Source: a virus. From it: a stretch of DNA of 64,000 bases. The position numbers and the translations under genes were made by a program. The stretch lies in IMG/VR virus record IMGVR_UViG_3300025639_000003. One strand, written 5' to 3'. How positions within the stretch are numbered: position 1 is the stretch's first letter; each line of letters starts with the position of its first letter. Below the pieces are notes generated by a model that saw nothing but the letters and a program-made list of their open reading frames with translations, made no database searches and had not been told where the DNA came from. Shown here in pieces: positions 1 through 9,202 of this stretch.

Positions 1-317
1 TGTATAATCCAATTAGCCACATCATATCGACTCACATCAGGAACCTTTATATCAACTGCTTGCCCTAACATATGTTGGGAATTTTTCGCTCCCCCGATTA
101 AAGTGTTCAATTTCAAATTTCGGTATCCTGAAGTAATTTCAACTTCACCAAATTTATTTCTAATTGGGTCGATTATATTATTATATAATTCCTTTCCATT
201 ATTCACTTCGGAAATGCTTGGGGTGTTTTGTATACCATATGCGGCAGATATCTTCGAAGAAACAAATTCCCCATAATTAAATGATAGTGCCATAGTGCTT
301 AACATTAATAATTTCAT
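1..317 (-). CDS. Peptidase M15-family endolysin (L-Ala-D-Glu/D-Ala-D-Ala type), truncated by the window edge
   Basis: Manual translation, not in ORF track: MKLLMLSTMALSFNYGEF...ITSGYRNLKLNTLIGGAKNSQHMLGQAVDIKV. SGYR and SQHxxGxAxD are M15 Zn-peptidase motifs. Confidence 0.8.
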   Translation of the reverse strand, partial: MKLLMLSTMALSFNYGEFVSSKISAAYGIQNTPSISEVNNGKELYNNIIDPIRNKFGEVEITSGYRNLKLNTLIGGAKNSQHMLGQAVDIKVPDVSRYDVANWII

Positions 318-325
318 AGGTTAAA

Positions 326-351
326 TATTGGGGGATTAACTCCCCCCAATA
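326..351 (-). terminator. GC-rich intergenic hairpin, possible terminator
   Basis: TATTGGGGGA / TCCCCCCAATA inverted repeat; weak U-tract. Confidence 0.4.
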
Positions 352-374
352 TAATCACTTAGTGGGTTTCATGA

Positions 375-728
375 TCATGATGACGTCAACCAATCAAAAA
401 AGTTTTTCGGTTCAACAACTTCAGGCTCAGCTGGTTCAACAACTTCAGGCTCAGGCTCAGCTGGTTCAACAACTTCAGGCTCGAGTGATGTTTTTGGCAC
501 AAACCCTATAACGTTATCTTCGTCATCAAACACAGGAACTTGAACTTCTTCGGATTCAATTGCAATTGAATCTAGAACATTTTCTGCTGGGGCGACTTCT
601 TCAAGAGTAGTCATAGGAAGGATTTTTAAATTTTCGTCAACATCAGAAAGATTGACTGCCTCGTGATTATCGGCATATGCATATGATGTAGCTAACAATA
701 ATATAATTCCACTTACTTTTTTATTCAT
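375..728 (-). CDS. Secreted acidic protein with PEVVEP(A)E repeats
   Basis: Signal peptide MNKKVSGIILLLATSYAYA; Pro/Glu-rich C-terminus. Confidence 0.6.
   Translation of the reverse strand: MNKKVSGIILLLATSYAYADNHEAVNLSDVDENLKILPMTTLEEVAPAENVLDSIAIESEEVQVPVFDDEDNVIGFVPKTSLEPEVVEPAEPEPEVVEPAEPEVVEPKNFFDWLTSS
409..482. repeat. Three exact 20-bp copies (ggttcaacaacttcaggctc) encoding EPEVVEP
   Basis: Copies at 409-428, 433-452, 463-482. Confidence 0.95.
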
Positions 729-793
729 AATAGTTATTTTTTACCTCAATTCAAATTAAACAAATAATTAAACCTATCCTTAGGTGAACATCT

Positions 794-1492
794 TTATCTC
801 CGTTTTCTAGCTTGCCCGATCCAATTTTTAGCTGTCGGGTTAATGGGGACTTGTTTTGCCCATTCTTTAATGCGTTTATAGGTTGATACGCTTGTGGCTT
901 TCCAGTCAGCTCCTTCAGAATTATCAATAATATACATTTGATGCCCGAAGAGTTGCGAATATTTCCCTAAATTATTTTGAACTTCTTTCCACATAACAGC
1001 AACAACGTCATCTGGAAGTTTGCGTCGACGTTTACGATTTCGTAATATTGCAGTTTCAAGATCGGTATTCACAAACAACAATGCACTTTCATATCCAAGA
1101 GCATTTAATTTACCTATTTGGGCTTTAATCTTATTAAAGTCCTTTCCTGTTCCGTCAACCACCAACCCTAATCGACCATCAATAGCAAGTTGCATTTCCT
1201 TACCAGTTAATGATTTTGATCGGACTCGAACCGCTTGCCCCTCATCACTATATATATCTTTTGGAGTCATTTCAAGATTAGCTTTAGTCAACCCTCTTTC
1301 AAAATGTTTATCCGAATTTATAACTTTGAACCCCATAGCAGTAAGTGCCGTTTCATTAATTATAAAAGATTTTCCTGATCCTGGTCCGCCTGCAGTAAAG
1401 ATAACTTTAAATATTGAAGGATCATTGACGCCCTCTTTGAGTTCTAGATTATATGAAGCTAAATTCGTCAAATATTGTCCAAATTTAATCAT
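794..1492 (-). CDS. P-loop kinase (AAA_33/zeta-toxin-like)
   Basis: Walker A GGPGSGKS, INSD, LVVDGTG, R-rich lid RNRKRRR. Confidence 0.75.
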   Translation of the reverse strand: MIKFGQYLTNLASYNLELKEGVNDPSIFKVIFTAGGPGSGKSFIINETALTAMGFKVINSDKHFERGLTKANLEMTPKDIYSDEGQAVRVRSKSLTGKEMQLAIDGRLGLVVDGTGKDFNKIKAQIGKLNALGYESALLFVNTDLETAILRNRKRRRKLPDDVVAVMWKEVQNNLGKYSQLFGHQMYIIDNSEGADWKATSVSTYKRIKEWAKQVPINPTAKNWIGQARKRR

Positions 1493-1871
1493 ACGAAATT
1501 ACCTTATTGCTAGATTTAAAATTCTTTTTTCTCATTATAGTTTTATTGACAACTTCAAATTCACCGTTCTTATAATTGATGGCCACAGGTAAATTTAAAT
1601 CTTTTGATAAATCTTTAATGACGACCTCCATATCAGCATGCTTTTTGATCTCAGCACCTTTCATTTTTTGAATTTTTTTAAATAATTTTTGTATTTCCGA
1701 CACTTTAATTTCTGGAGAATTTCTTGCATCATTCATTCTATCAGCAAAATGTTTAGTAAATTCAATATCAATATCAAATTTATGCAACAGCCTATCCCCA
1801 AATTTTTCCAAATCGTCTATTTGCTTAACTGTCACCTTCTCAGTTAAGGAAAAATCTTTAAAATTTAACAT
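1485..1871 (-). CDS. Conserved hypothetical, probable capsid-internal protein
   Basis: Leader MLNFKDFSLTE; late promoter upstream. Confidence 0.55.
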   Translation of the reverse strand: MLNFKDFSLTEKVTVKQIDDLEKFGDRLLHKFDIDIEFTKHFADRMNDARNSPEIKVSEIQKLFKKIQKMKGAEIKKHADMEVVIKDLSKDLNLPVAINYKNGEFEVVNKTIMRKKNFKSSNKVISYD

Positions 1872-1874
1872 ATA

Positions 1875-2540
1875 TTAATTCTCTTGATGGTATTCTTTTA
1901 TAGTATTTATAAGGTCTTTATACCAATTATCTCGCTTTTCAACAAACACTTGTGCCGTATCATTATCATCACAAGCAATTATAATTACTAATTTATCAAT
2001 GGGAATTCCCGTCCGTTCTTCCCACATAATTGCGTAAGCTGCCGTCTGTTGAAAATATGATCCCACCCATTCTTTCTTTTTTAGTTTTCTAGAGGTCTTA
2101 AAATCTATAATAGAAAGGCGACCGTCCCACTCAGCAACGCAATCAACTCTGCCAGCCACACCGAGGTGGTCTGAATATAATGGTGCTTCTTGAGCATATA
2201 TCTTTCCAATTGAAGTATCAACTGCTTTTTGTATAGGTTTAAATAGTATTCTTTCATTAGGTAAGAACCCTTTTAAATTTAAGTTATTATTTAAATAATC
2301 TTCCGCCATCTGGTGCACGTTTGTGCCCCGACGTGCGGCTTGGGTCGAGATGCGACTTGCCTCTTTTTCTCCGACTTTATTGCGCCAAGCAGCAATGCCA
2401 TCACGAGAAAGAACGCTAAGAATGGTGGTGATGGATGGGTATATATTTCTTTCAGGCGTAGTGTAATGTCGTTTCCCATTTATAGATGTTGTCTCCATTT
2501 CTGTTAGTTTAGGTATAGATTTATGTTCAAATATTTTCAT
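1875..2540 (-). CDS. PD-(D/E)xK exonuclease (Cas4/RecB-like)
   Basis: YPSITT, AGRVDC, IIDFKTS, YFQQTAAYA; likely start MKIFEHK at 2540. Confidence 0.85.
   Translation of the reverse strand: MKIFEHKSIPKLTEMETTSINGKRHYTTPERNIYPSITTILSVLSRDGIAAWRNKVGEKEASRISTQAARRGTNVHQMAEDYLNNNLNLKGFLPNERILFKPIQKAVDTSIGKIYAQEAPLYSDHLGVAGRVDCVAEWDGRLSIIDFKTSRKLKKKEWVGSYFQQTAAYAIMWEERTGIPIDKLVIIIACDDNDTAQVFVEKRDNWYKDLINTIKEYHQEN
1904..1911 (-). promoter_or_regulatory. T4-type late promoter TATAAATA
   Basis: Exact consensus 33 nt upstream of the 1871 start. Confidence 0.6.
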
Positions 2541-2596
2541 ATAATTATTTTTTTGATGGGGGAGGTCTTCCCCCAAGTTATAAACCGAAATATTTA

Positions 2597-3352
2597 TTAT
2601 ATTCCCATGGCATGACAAATCGTAAGATATTCTCTAACAAAATCCGATCTGACAATATCGTCAGTAGTGAAATTTAGTATATCAAACGACTTCATCCTGT
2701 CTAGAATACTTAAAAACCCTGATAATCCGGAGGATTCATTATACCTTTCCGACGTGAGATCATCTTGCTTACCATCACCACATACGATTATACGAGAATT
2801 ATTTCCAACTCTTGTAATAACTGAGTTGAGTTCTTGAAAAGAAAAGTTTTGAGCTTCATCAACAATGATAATGGCATCATCCCAAGTTTGTCCCCGAACA
2901 AATGAGGTTGTAGTGAAATTGATAATATCTTTTCCTTTAAGTATATCATAGGCATCGCCACGATTAAACATTCCGGAAAGAAGATCTCGATAAGGCGATT
3001 CATAAACTTTCATTTTTTCAGTTAAGTTTCCAGGAAGAAACCCCATATCCCTAGTCGGAACAACAGACCGAACAATAATTACTTGACGTTTCCCTTCTAC
3101 CTTTTCTAATACATCCCGCACCCCTAAGTATGCAGAAAGAAATGTTTTTCCAGTTCCGGCACATCCATGTAGTACCATATTATTTCCTGACTCATATGAG
3201 TCAAATACGTTTCTTTGAGTGCATGTTAAAGGCTCAACCTCCTCAAGTATTAGTCCAGTTTGCTTAATTTTCCTTTGTTTCCTTACTTTTTTTCTCTGAT
3301 GATGATCAATATGATACTCATAATCTTCTACAACAGATAAGTTATGCAACAT
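2597..3352 (-). CDS. phoH: PhoH-family ATPase
   Basis: GCAGTGKT, RSVVPTRDMGFLPG, IIVDEAQN, CGDGKQDD, DIVRS. Confidence 0.95.
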   Translation of the reverse strand: MLHNLSVVEDYEYHIDHHQRKKVRKQRKIKQTGLILEEVEPLTCTQRNVFDSYESGNNMVLHGCAGTGKTFLSAYLGVRDVLEKVEGKRQVIIVRSVVPTRDMGFLPGNLTEKMKVYESPYRDLLSGMFNRGDAYDILKGKDIINFTTTSFVRGQTWDDAIIIVDEAQNFSFQELNSVITRVGNNSRIIVCGDGKQDDLTSERYNESSGLSGFLSILDRMKSFDILNFTTDDIVRSDFVREYLTICHAMGI

Positions 3353-3376
3353 ACTTCGTCCTCTTGGTTGCCGAAA

Positions 3377-3697
3377 TTAGAAGTCGATCTTATATTTCCC
3401 TTTATTGCCCATTCCATACTTATTTGCCGCTTGTCGGGTTTTCACTTCTTTAATTGACTGCCCACCCACTTTACTAGCTAATGCTGATCCTGGGTTTGCT
3501 TCCGCAATGCGGGATAGATTTTCATTCCATCCTGCATCATTTTTGATTTCACCGCTACCACTAACCGTTGGTGGTGCTGAAACAAACACTCTTTTAAGGT
3601 GTTGGTTATCCTTAATAAAGTCATCATATTCCGACATCTTGAAAATATATTCTTTAATGTCACCTGTTTCTTTGTTCATAAAATCATATGTTGGCAC
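3377..3697 (-). CDS. FmdB-like small protein (no Cys ligands)
   Basis: MPTYDF N-terminus, GTG start. Confidence 0.55.
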   Translation of the reverse strand: MPTYDFMNKETGDIKEYIFKMSEYDDFIKDNQHLKRVFVSAPPTVSGSGEIKNDAGWNENLSRIAEANPGSALASKVGGQSIKEVKTRQAANKYGMGNKGKYKIDF

Positions 3698-3710
3698 AAC
3701 TTACTCCTTA

Positions 3711-3878
3711 TTATCCGCATTCATTTAAATATTTTATATATTCCTTCCATTTTTCAGTTAATTCTTTACTATTAACTTTTAAATATTCTTCATATTTAAT
3801 TAAACCTACTCCATAATATTCTAATTCTTCTATATGGCGATGGTAGGATGCTTTGGCAAATTCATTATAATCCATCAT
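3711..3878 (-). CDS. Small hypothetical protein
   Basis: Manual ORF MMDYNEFAKASYHRHIEELE..., GGAG SD upstream. Confidence 0.5.
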   Translation of the reverse strand: MMDYNEFAKASYHRHIEELEYYGVGLIKYEEYLKVNSKELTEKWKEYIKYLNECG

Positions 3879-4068
3879 CATACTCCTTTCCTATGCCCCT
3901 TGTGTCGTCGTATATAGTTTTATTCCCTTTTTTAATGACAGTCCTTTCTACTGAGGTTAATGTTTTAGAGAATTCAATTTCCGCTAACAGTCTTTGCTTA
4001 GAAGCAACCACTTCGAAATTATTCTTGAATCCAGTATTCCAATATCGCGTTCCTTTATAGGTAATCAT
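3865..4068 (-). CDS. Hypothetical protein
   Basis: Tightly packed ORF. Confidence 0.5.
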   Translation of the reverse strand: MITYKGTRYWNTGFKNNFEVVASKQRLLAEIEFSKTLTSVERTVIKKGNKTIYDDTRGIGKEYDDGL

Positions 4069-4379
4069 TATTGCGTAGGAGCATCTTCAGGCGGTTGATA
4101 ATTATTCATTATTTGAACTGCTTTCGACATCATAAGAACAATATACCCTTTCATAGCTTTTGCAAACTCCTCATCATTCATATCTGGATAGGGAACCATT
4201 CCGTGATGTATGGGATCCGTAGATTTGCGTCCTCCAGTGTAATCCCACTCCCCGCATACAATCCCTTCGGCTAATGGGCACTCTTCGGCATGAGCAGTAT
4301 TAATTGTAATTAATAATAACGCAGACACAATAAATCCTACAATAGAACTTAATAAAAATGCTCGAGTTATTTTAGACAT
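4068..4379 (-). CDS. Secreted or membrane hypothetical protein
   Basis: Hydrophobic N-terminus with AHA signal-peptidase-like site. Confidence 0.55.
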   Translation of the reverse strand: MSKITRAFLLSSIVGFIVSALLLITINTAHAEECPLAEGIVCGEWDYTGGRKSTDPIHHGMVPYPDMNDEEFAKAMKGYIVLMMSKAVQIMNNYQPPEDAPTQ

Positions 4380-4389
4380 ATATCACCTC

Positions 4390-4644
4390 TTAAAATTTTG
4401 TTGGTAATGTATCCATGGCTTGTCTTCTTCTTTCTCTTTTTATAGCTTGTTCTAGAGCAAGTTTCCTTTTCTCAGTCGGCTTAACGTAATGCTGCCGATT
4501 TTGACATTCTTGAACTGCTCCGGATTTTTTAGTATCTCTCTTAAATCGCTTGAATACAGTATTAAAGTCAAGTTCACGAGGAGGTCGAGATTTCCCATTT
4601 TGACCTCTTGGTTTTGGTGCTTGTGGTCTTCTTGTATTTTTCAT
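4390..4644 (-). CDS. rpsU: Ribosomal protein bS21
   Basis: FKRFKR..KKSG.VQE...RQHYVKPTEKRK..LEQAIKRERRR matches the bS21 pattern. Confidence 0.85.
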   Translation of the reverse strand: MKNTRRPQAPKPRGQNGKSRPPRELDFNTVFKRFKRDTKKSGAVQECQNRQHYVKPTEKRKLALEQAIKRERRRQAMDTLPTKF

Positions 4645-4653
4645 AATTCCATT

Positions 4654-6372
4654 TTAATAGTTAAATTCATATTTTAATCTTGCATTTCGATCATTGTAAT
4701 CTACGGAACTCCCCAACATCCTCCCTTTATTATTAGTTATATTATTCAATTCAATGTTAAATTTATGATTCGGATAAGGTGAATAGACGTAGCCTATATC
4801 AAGTTGCGAATACCCATCATTATGATCTTGTATTCTAATATCCGATGTATCTTTTTTTGGAAGTTTTTGCGCTTGCATCCCCCACCGATGTGTAGCATAG
4901 AAATTTTTATATTCTACCCGAGTATCAATTTTTAATGGAGTCAATTTCGAGATATAATCTAAATTGGTTTCCCCATATAAGTATTCTGCGAATACATCGA
5001 ATGCGAAATCGTCACGAGTATACTTTAAATTAATATTAGAACCGTGGATATATCCTGAATCCGCATTATCTACTTTAAATTTATATTCCCCAAATTCATC
5101 AAGAACGTCAGATGGAACTCTAACTATCAAGTCATCTAGATGTGTAGAAAATATTGAAGCATTAATGTATTCTGAATTGAATCCTAATACATACTTTACA
5201 GATCTTTCTTGTTTAAGATTTTGGTTAGGGATTTCGGTAGCAGAATCAGATATAGCTTCAGACAAATTTGGAACGGTCGGATATTTAAATCCTTCAGAAA
5301 TAGATGCATATATACCTTTATACTCTATTCTAGCACCCATATTGAATGAATCAAAATGCTTATCAAAATTATTATACCCTGACCCAGATATTACGGTATA
5401 GTCATATAATGCAAACGCAGAATAATCAAAGTCTCCCCAATAGTTCCTATAATTTACATCAAAGGAATTAGAAAAAACTTCATAATCTGTAGTCAGTCCT
5501 TTATTATCATATTCAATTAGTTCAAGTTTGTGGTCGGAACCTAATGTTAAGTTTAGTCTATTATAATAATATATACTATTAGCCTGAAATATATCATTAT
5601 CAGTTTCTACATATTTACCTTTTTTGTTGATCAACTCTGAAAAGTTATTATAAGATAAATTTAGATCAAGGTTATCTAAATAAAAAGTCTTATATGCTCC
5701 CGTGAAATACTGTTCCTCATACACATAATGTTGTCCATTTTCAAATTTATCAGTCCTATCAATATCATCTGACCTTGAATGTATAAACTTAAATCCTTTA
5801 TATTCAAGATACCCAGCTTTTTGGTTATAATTAGAATGCGGATTATTATCTACGCTGTAAATATTATTAAATACTGCTCCCAATGATAGGTCGCCATTAG
5901 TATATACTAATGATCTATTTCCATCAAATTGTTCAGAATTTACTGTATCCCAATCTATTGAAAATTTAGATTCATTAATTCCAAGTTGCCTATTAACTGT
6001 CCCGCCTAATGAATTATTGTCTAATACATCATCGATTGATATTGCCGTGACAAATTCGTCAGGAATAAACGAATAATATTGATTCGGTCCAGACCTGAAT
6101 AAAGAGTTGGTGAAATCTATTCCGTCTAATTTTAGTAGAATTTTATCGCCTTGAAGTCCCTTTACGATAGGTTGTTTAAATCCTGGAGTTGTCGCTTGAA
6201 TTTGGACATTTCGATCTTCAAATAATTCTACTTTAGGAGTGTGCACTAAAGTAGAATTATGACTATCATATTGTATTACTATAGGATTTAATTCTTCTTC
6301 TCCGTATACCGATATTGGTAATATTAATAATAATACTTTAGTTATTTCTCTTATTCCCAATGGCGTCACCAT
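4654..6372 (-). CDS. TonB-dependent receptor-like outer-membrane protein
   Basis: Signal peptide; plug motif PIVKGLQGDKILLKLDG...FRSGPNQY; EGFKYPT; amphipathic strands; C-terminal YEFNY. True start may be near 6360. Confidence 0.85.
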   Translation of the reverse strand: MVTPLGIREITKVLLLILPISVYGEEELNPIVIQYDSHNSTLVHTPKVELFEDRNVQIQATTPGFKQPIVKGLQGDKILLKLDGIDFTNSLFRSGPNQYYSFIPDEFVTAISIDDVLDNNSLGGTVNRQLGINESKFSIDWDTVNSEQFDGNRSLVYTNGDLSLGAVFNNIYSVDNNPHSNYNQKAGYLEYKGFKFIHSRSDDIDRTDKFENGQHYVYEEQYFTGAYKTFYLDNLDLNLSYNNFSELINKKGKYVETDNDIFQANSIYYYNRLNLTLGSDHKLELIEYDNKGLTTDYEVFSNSFDVNYRNYWGDFDYSAFALYDYTVISGSGYNNFDKHFDSFNMGARIEYKGIYASISEGFKYPTVPNLSEAISDSATEIPNQNLKQERSVKYVLGFNSEYINASIFSTHLDDLIVRVPSDVLDEFGEYKFKVDNADSGYIHGSNINLKYTRDDFAFDVFAEYLYGETNLDYISKLTPLKIDTRVEYKNFYATHRWGMQAQKLPKKDTSDIRIQDHNDGYSQLDIGYVYSPYPNHKFNIELNNITNNKGRMLGSSVDYNDRNARLKYEFNY

Positions 6373-7045
6373 AAGCTAAGGACAATGGCAGTAGTTTAGA
6401 TAAAGGCAAATCAATCTTAATGACGTTGACTTTCATATCAGGATCAATTAATAATGCAGATAAAAACCTATGGTGCCCGTCAATAATTCTATTATCTGAT
6501 GAGACTATTAATATTTTTGATGTTATTAGTTTTTTAGCACCATCTACTCCAGATTTAATTATAGTGCCTAACCCTTTATCAAAATATATTTGCTCTTGAA
6601 TCGGAGTTAGATCTCTAGCTTTAATAGATTCACTTTTAACTGAAGTTATATCATCTTTTTTTGACCCATCATATACTTTTAACCCCAACTCAATAAACCT
6701 TTCAGCCTTTGCCCCAGATAACCCCTCAGGGAAAGGATCGCTCACTTCGGTTTCATTAGCATATGGTGCATTGATGTCAAGTTTACCTTTCATTAATCTT
6801 TTCTGAAACTTTTTGACATCCTTAGAAGTTATCACAGGCATGTCTTTCCGTTTCGTATGCCCTTTATATGCGAGTTTCTGTGCGAGAACATAATTAGAAT
6901 CAAAATTTGGAATATCCTCATCTAACGTAGGGAGTTTAGACAATGCATATTCTTTAGCATCTTCTAATGACGTTGCGATTAATTCGAACTTACCTGCAGC
7001 AGCACCGCCACCGCCTTCTATTAAATAGCCTTTAAACGATTTCAT
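6338..7045 (-). CDS. ParB/Srx-like domain protein with capsid-targeting-like leader
   Basis: LTPIQ...VSSDNRIIDGHHR; N-terminus MKSFKGYLIE. Confidence 0.7.
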   Translation of the reverse strand: MKSFKGYLIEGGGGAAAGKFELIATSLEDAKEYALSKLPTLDEDIPNFDSNYVLAQKLAYKGHTKRKDMPVITSKDVKKFQKRLMKGKLDINAPYANETEVSDPFPEGLSGAKAERFIELGLKVYDGSKKDDITSVKSESIKARDLTPIQEQIYFDKGLGTIIKSGVDGAKKLITSKILIVSSDNRIIDGHHRFLSALLIDPDMKVNVIKIDLPLSKLLPLSLAYGDAIGNKRNN

Positions 7046-7084
7046 ATGATACGCATTTCCTAGAGTGATTAATGAGTATATTTA

Positions 7085-7675
7085 TTATTCTCCAACAATC
7101 ATATTATAGATTTCTTTCCAATTATTTACCTGATATGCGGAACCCTCATACGACTTATTGTAATCGTGATTCATCAATATTCCACGCAATCCTAAGTTTA
7201 TTCCCGTATCTACATTTTCTGGCTTATCTTCAATCCAATATACTTCTGTATTTTCATATTCTTTAAGAGCTTCATCCTTATCTGCACCAGTATCTAATAT
7301 TGTATATTTCTCAAACACGGTATTTCCGAACATTTCCCTTAGATTTTTAATTCTTAATATACCAGCATATTGATCGTCAGTTTGGGACGTTATTGCGTGA
7401 AAAACATATCCATGTTCTTCGTGCAATTTCTTAACCCATTTGATTGAATCTCGGAAAGGAGGCAACTTTCTCATCCAAGCACTTTCATTAAACATCCTGA
7501 CTAATCGTTTAGACTCTTTACTTTGTATGTCATATTTCACGTGAACAGAGTATACATCGGGTTCGCCATTAATTTCATACCCATGCCGATTCATCCAACT
7601 GTCAAATGCATAACCCCAGTCAAGGAGAACGCCATCAACATCAGTAAGTATCACTTTATTGTTAATGTCAATCAT
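7085..7675 (-). CDS. HAD-superfamily 5'(3')-deoxyribonucleotidase-like phosphatase
   Basis: ILTDVDGVLLDW motif I, WIEDKPEN motif IV. Confidence 0.85.
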   Translation of the reverse strand: MIDINNKVILTDVDGVLLDWGYAFDSWMNRHGYEINGEPDVYSVHVKYDIQSKESKRLVRMFNESAWMRKLPPFRDSIKWVKKLHEEHGYVFHAITSQTDDQYAGILRIKNLREMFGNTVFEKYTILDTGADKDEALKEYENTEVYWIEDKPENVDTGINLGLRGILMNHDYNKSYEGSAYQVNNWKEIYNMIVGE

Positions 7676-8010
7676 ACGTCATCAATATTACTTAATAGGA
7701 TTGTGAATCCTGTTGTGGTTTGTATTGTTTTAAGAAAGTCTAAACGTTGGCTTGATTTAACAGAAACAGCAATATCATACATTCTTTCCGCTTGGGTTGC
7801 TGTGATAACAAACTCATCACCATCATCAGTAACAACTGTTGTTGTTGGGCGATACTTGTGTTCTGGAAGGTCGACTCCAGGAATAATTTTAGATGAATCA
7901 ATAACTTTAGAAAATTGTTCAAGCATAGAATCTTCCTTAAATCCCGGATCAAAGTTCATATCCCCAGCAGGACCATTAAATGCTTCAGTGTCTGTCCAAA
8001 TGTTAATCAT
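7672..8010 (-). CDS. Hypothetical protein
   Basis: Overlapping start/stop with neighbours. Confidence 0.5.
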   Translation of the reverse strand: MINIWTDTEAFNGPAGDMNFDPGFKEDSMLEQFSKVIDSSKIIPGVDLPEHKYRPTTTVVTDDGDEFVITATQAERMYDIAVSVKSSQRLDFLKTIQTTTGFTILLSNIDDV

Positions 8011-8519
8011 AACTTGCCCTCATTTTTAATATTATTTTGGTTATACTTGGATATCGCTTCATCCAATGTTTCATGCGCACTCTTAGAATCTTCCCACCCC
8101 AAAACAGTAACCCAGCGATAAGGATCAAGATCTTTATAATGATCAAAAAAATGGCGGAGTTGACTTAATAACCTATCCGGAACATCTTCAAGGTCATTCC
8201 ACCCAACATACATCGCGTCATCAGGCACAGCTAATATTTTATGATCTTGCCCCTCCTCATCAAACATTTTCAGCACCCCGATTGCTCTACATCTAGCAAT
8301 ACATCCGGAGAGTAGAGGATATGGCGATATTACCATCACGTCAATAGGATCTCCGTCTCCAGCTAATGTATGCGGAATAAATCCATAGTTGCATGGATAA
8401 TACATGGCGGTGTCTAAAAATCTATCTAAGTATAACTTCCCTGTAGCGTCATCAACCTCATATTTTATAGGATCTGACGCCATTGGCACTTCAATTGTTA
8501 CTTCGATAATATTCTCCAT
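8007..8519 (-). CDS. ppa: Family I inorganic pyrophosphatase
   Basis: KYEVD, LDRFL, YPCNYGFIPHTLAGDGDPIDV, DEEGQDHKILAVP, HFFDHYKDL. Confidence 0.95.
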   Translation of the reverse strand: MENIIEVTIEVPMASDPIKYEVDDATGKLYLDRFLDTAMYYPCNYGFIPHTLAGDGDPIDVMVISPYPLLSGCIARCRAIGVLKMFDEEGQDHKILAVPDDAMYVGWNDLEDVPDRLLSQLRHFFDHYKDLDPYRWVTVLGWEDSKSAHETLDEAISKYNQNNIKNEGKL

Positions 8520-8525
8520 TGTTTT

Positions 8526-8915
8526 TTATTTTTTTTGGTACACATACGGTTTATCATAAGACCCGATAGACATATCGATATAAAACGCAGTGTGGAAATA
8601 ATCAGTCATAATGTCAGACGCATCAAACCATTCTTGCCCATTCTCCGCTTTAGCGGGAGCAGTTTTAATGATTTTCATAATTTTATTTAAAAGGTTTGCA
8701 GATTTTTTTGAATAATGTTTATCGATGAAATAGTTGTTGATTGATTGATAGGTATCCGAAGGATCACGAAATTCTCTACGAAAGTCAATATCAGACTTCA
8801 GTAGATCGACGGATACTGAACAACTACGTTTGCGGACGGAAAACTTATATTTGGGAAATTCTTTTTTAAGTTCTTTACGAATTTCTTTACACTCTTCAGC
8901 AGATATATATGCCAT
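8526..8915 (-). CDS. Early hypothetical protein (LPD29-like polyvalent-protein domain)
   Basis: IRKELKKEFPKYKFSVR...DIMTDYFHTAFY; start MAYIS downstream of a sigma70 promoter. Confidence 0.55.
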   Translation of the reverse strand: MAYISAEECKEIRKELKKEFPKYKFSVRKRSCSVSVDLLKSDIDFRREFRDPSDTYQSINNYFIDKHYSKKSANLLNKIMKIIKTAPAKAENGQEWFDASDIMTDYFHTAFYIDMSIGSYDKPYVYQKK

Positions 8916-8974
8916 TTTTTCACCCCATTCATTATATAATTTTTTGTTAGGAACTTCCCTAACCCACAACACAT

Positions 8975-9003
8975 ATTATACTCCACTTTTCAAAAAAAGT
9001 AAA
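8975..9003 (-). promoter_or_regulatory. Sigma70-type early promoter TTTACT-N17-TATAAT
   Basis: -35 at 8998-9003, -10 at 8975-8980. Confidence 0.8.
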
Positions 9004-9016
9004 GGATTATTTTCAC

Positions 9017-9202
9017 TTATTTTAATATAGTCGCATTTCCATTAACAACCTTAACAGTGTTGTCCTGTATAAAGGTATATTCTTCGTTCCATTTCAAACC
9101 GCAATTTTTATAATCGTTCCATGACATGCACTCAATTTTGCCTGTTAACTTGTCGTTCTCGTCTCTCAATGGTACAGCGATCATTCCAGATTCAGGTATC
9201 AT
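9017..9202 (-). CDS. Small hypothetical protein
   Basis: ORF in an early cassette. Confidence 0.5.
   Translation of the reverse strand: MIPESGMIAVPLRDENDKLTGKIECMSWNDYKNCGLKWNEEYTFIQDNTVKVVNGNATILK

Noticed and set aside
794-1492. Zeta toxin-antitoxin system
   Set aside because: Only the generic P-loop kinase fold; no antitoxin partner is evident.
1020-1592. Plus-strand ORFs throughout the window (e.g. 1020-1592, 4964-5401, 7523-8029, 22955-23515)
   Set aside because: Antisense to clearly identified minus-strand genes; promoters and SD sites all point to the minus strand.
1875-2540. Cas4-like nuclease as evidence of a CRISPR system
   Set aside because: A stand-alone PD-(D/E)xK exonuclease common in T4-like phages; no cas1/cas2 or true array.
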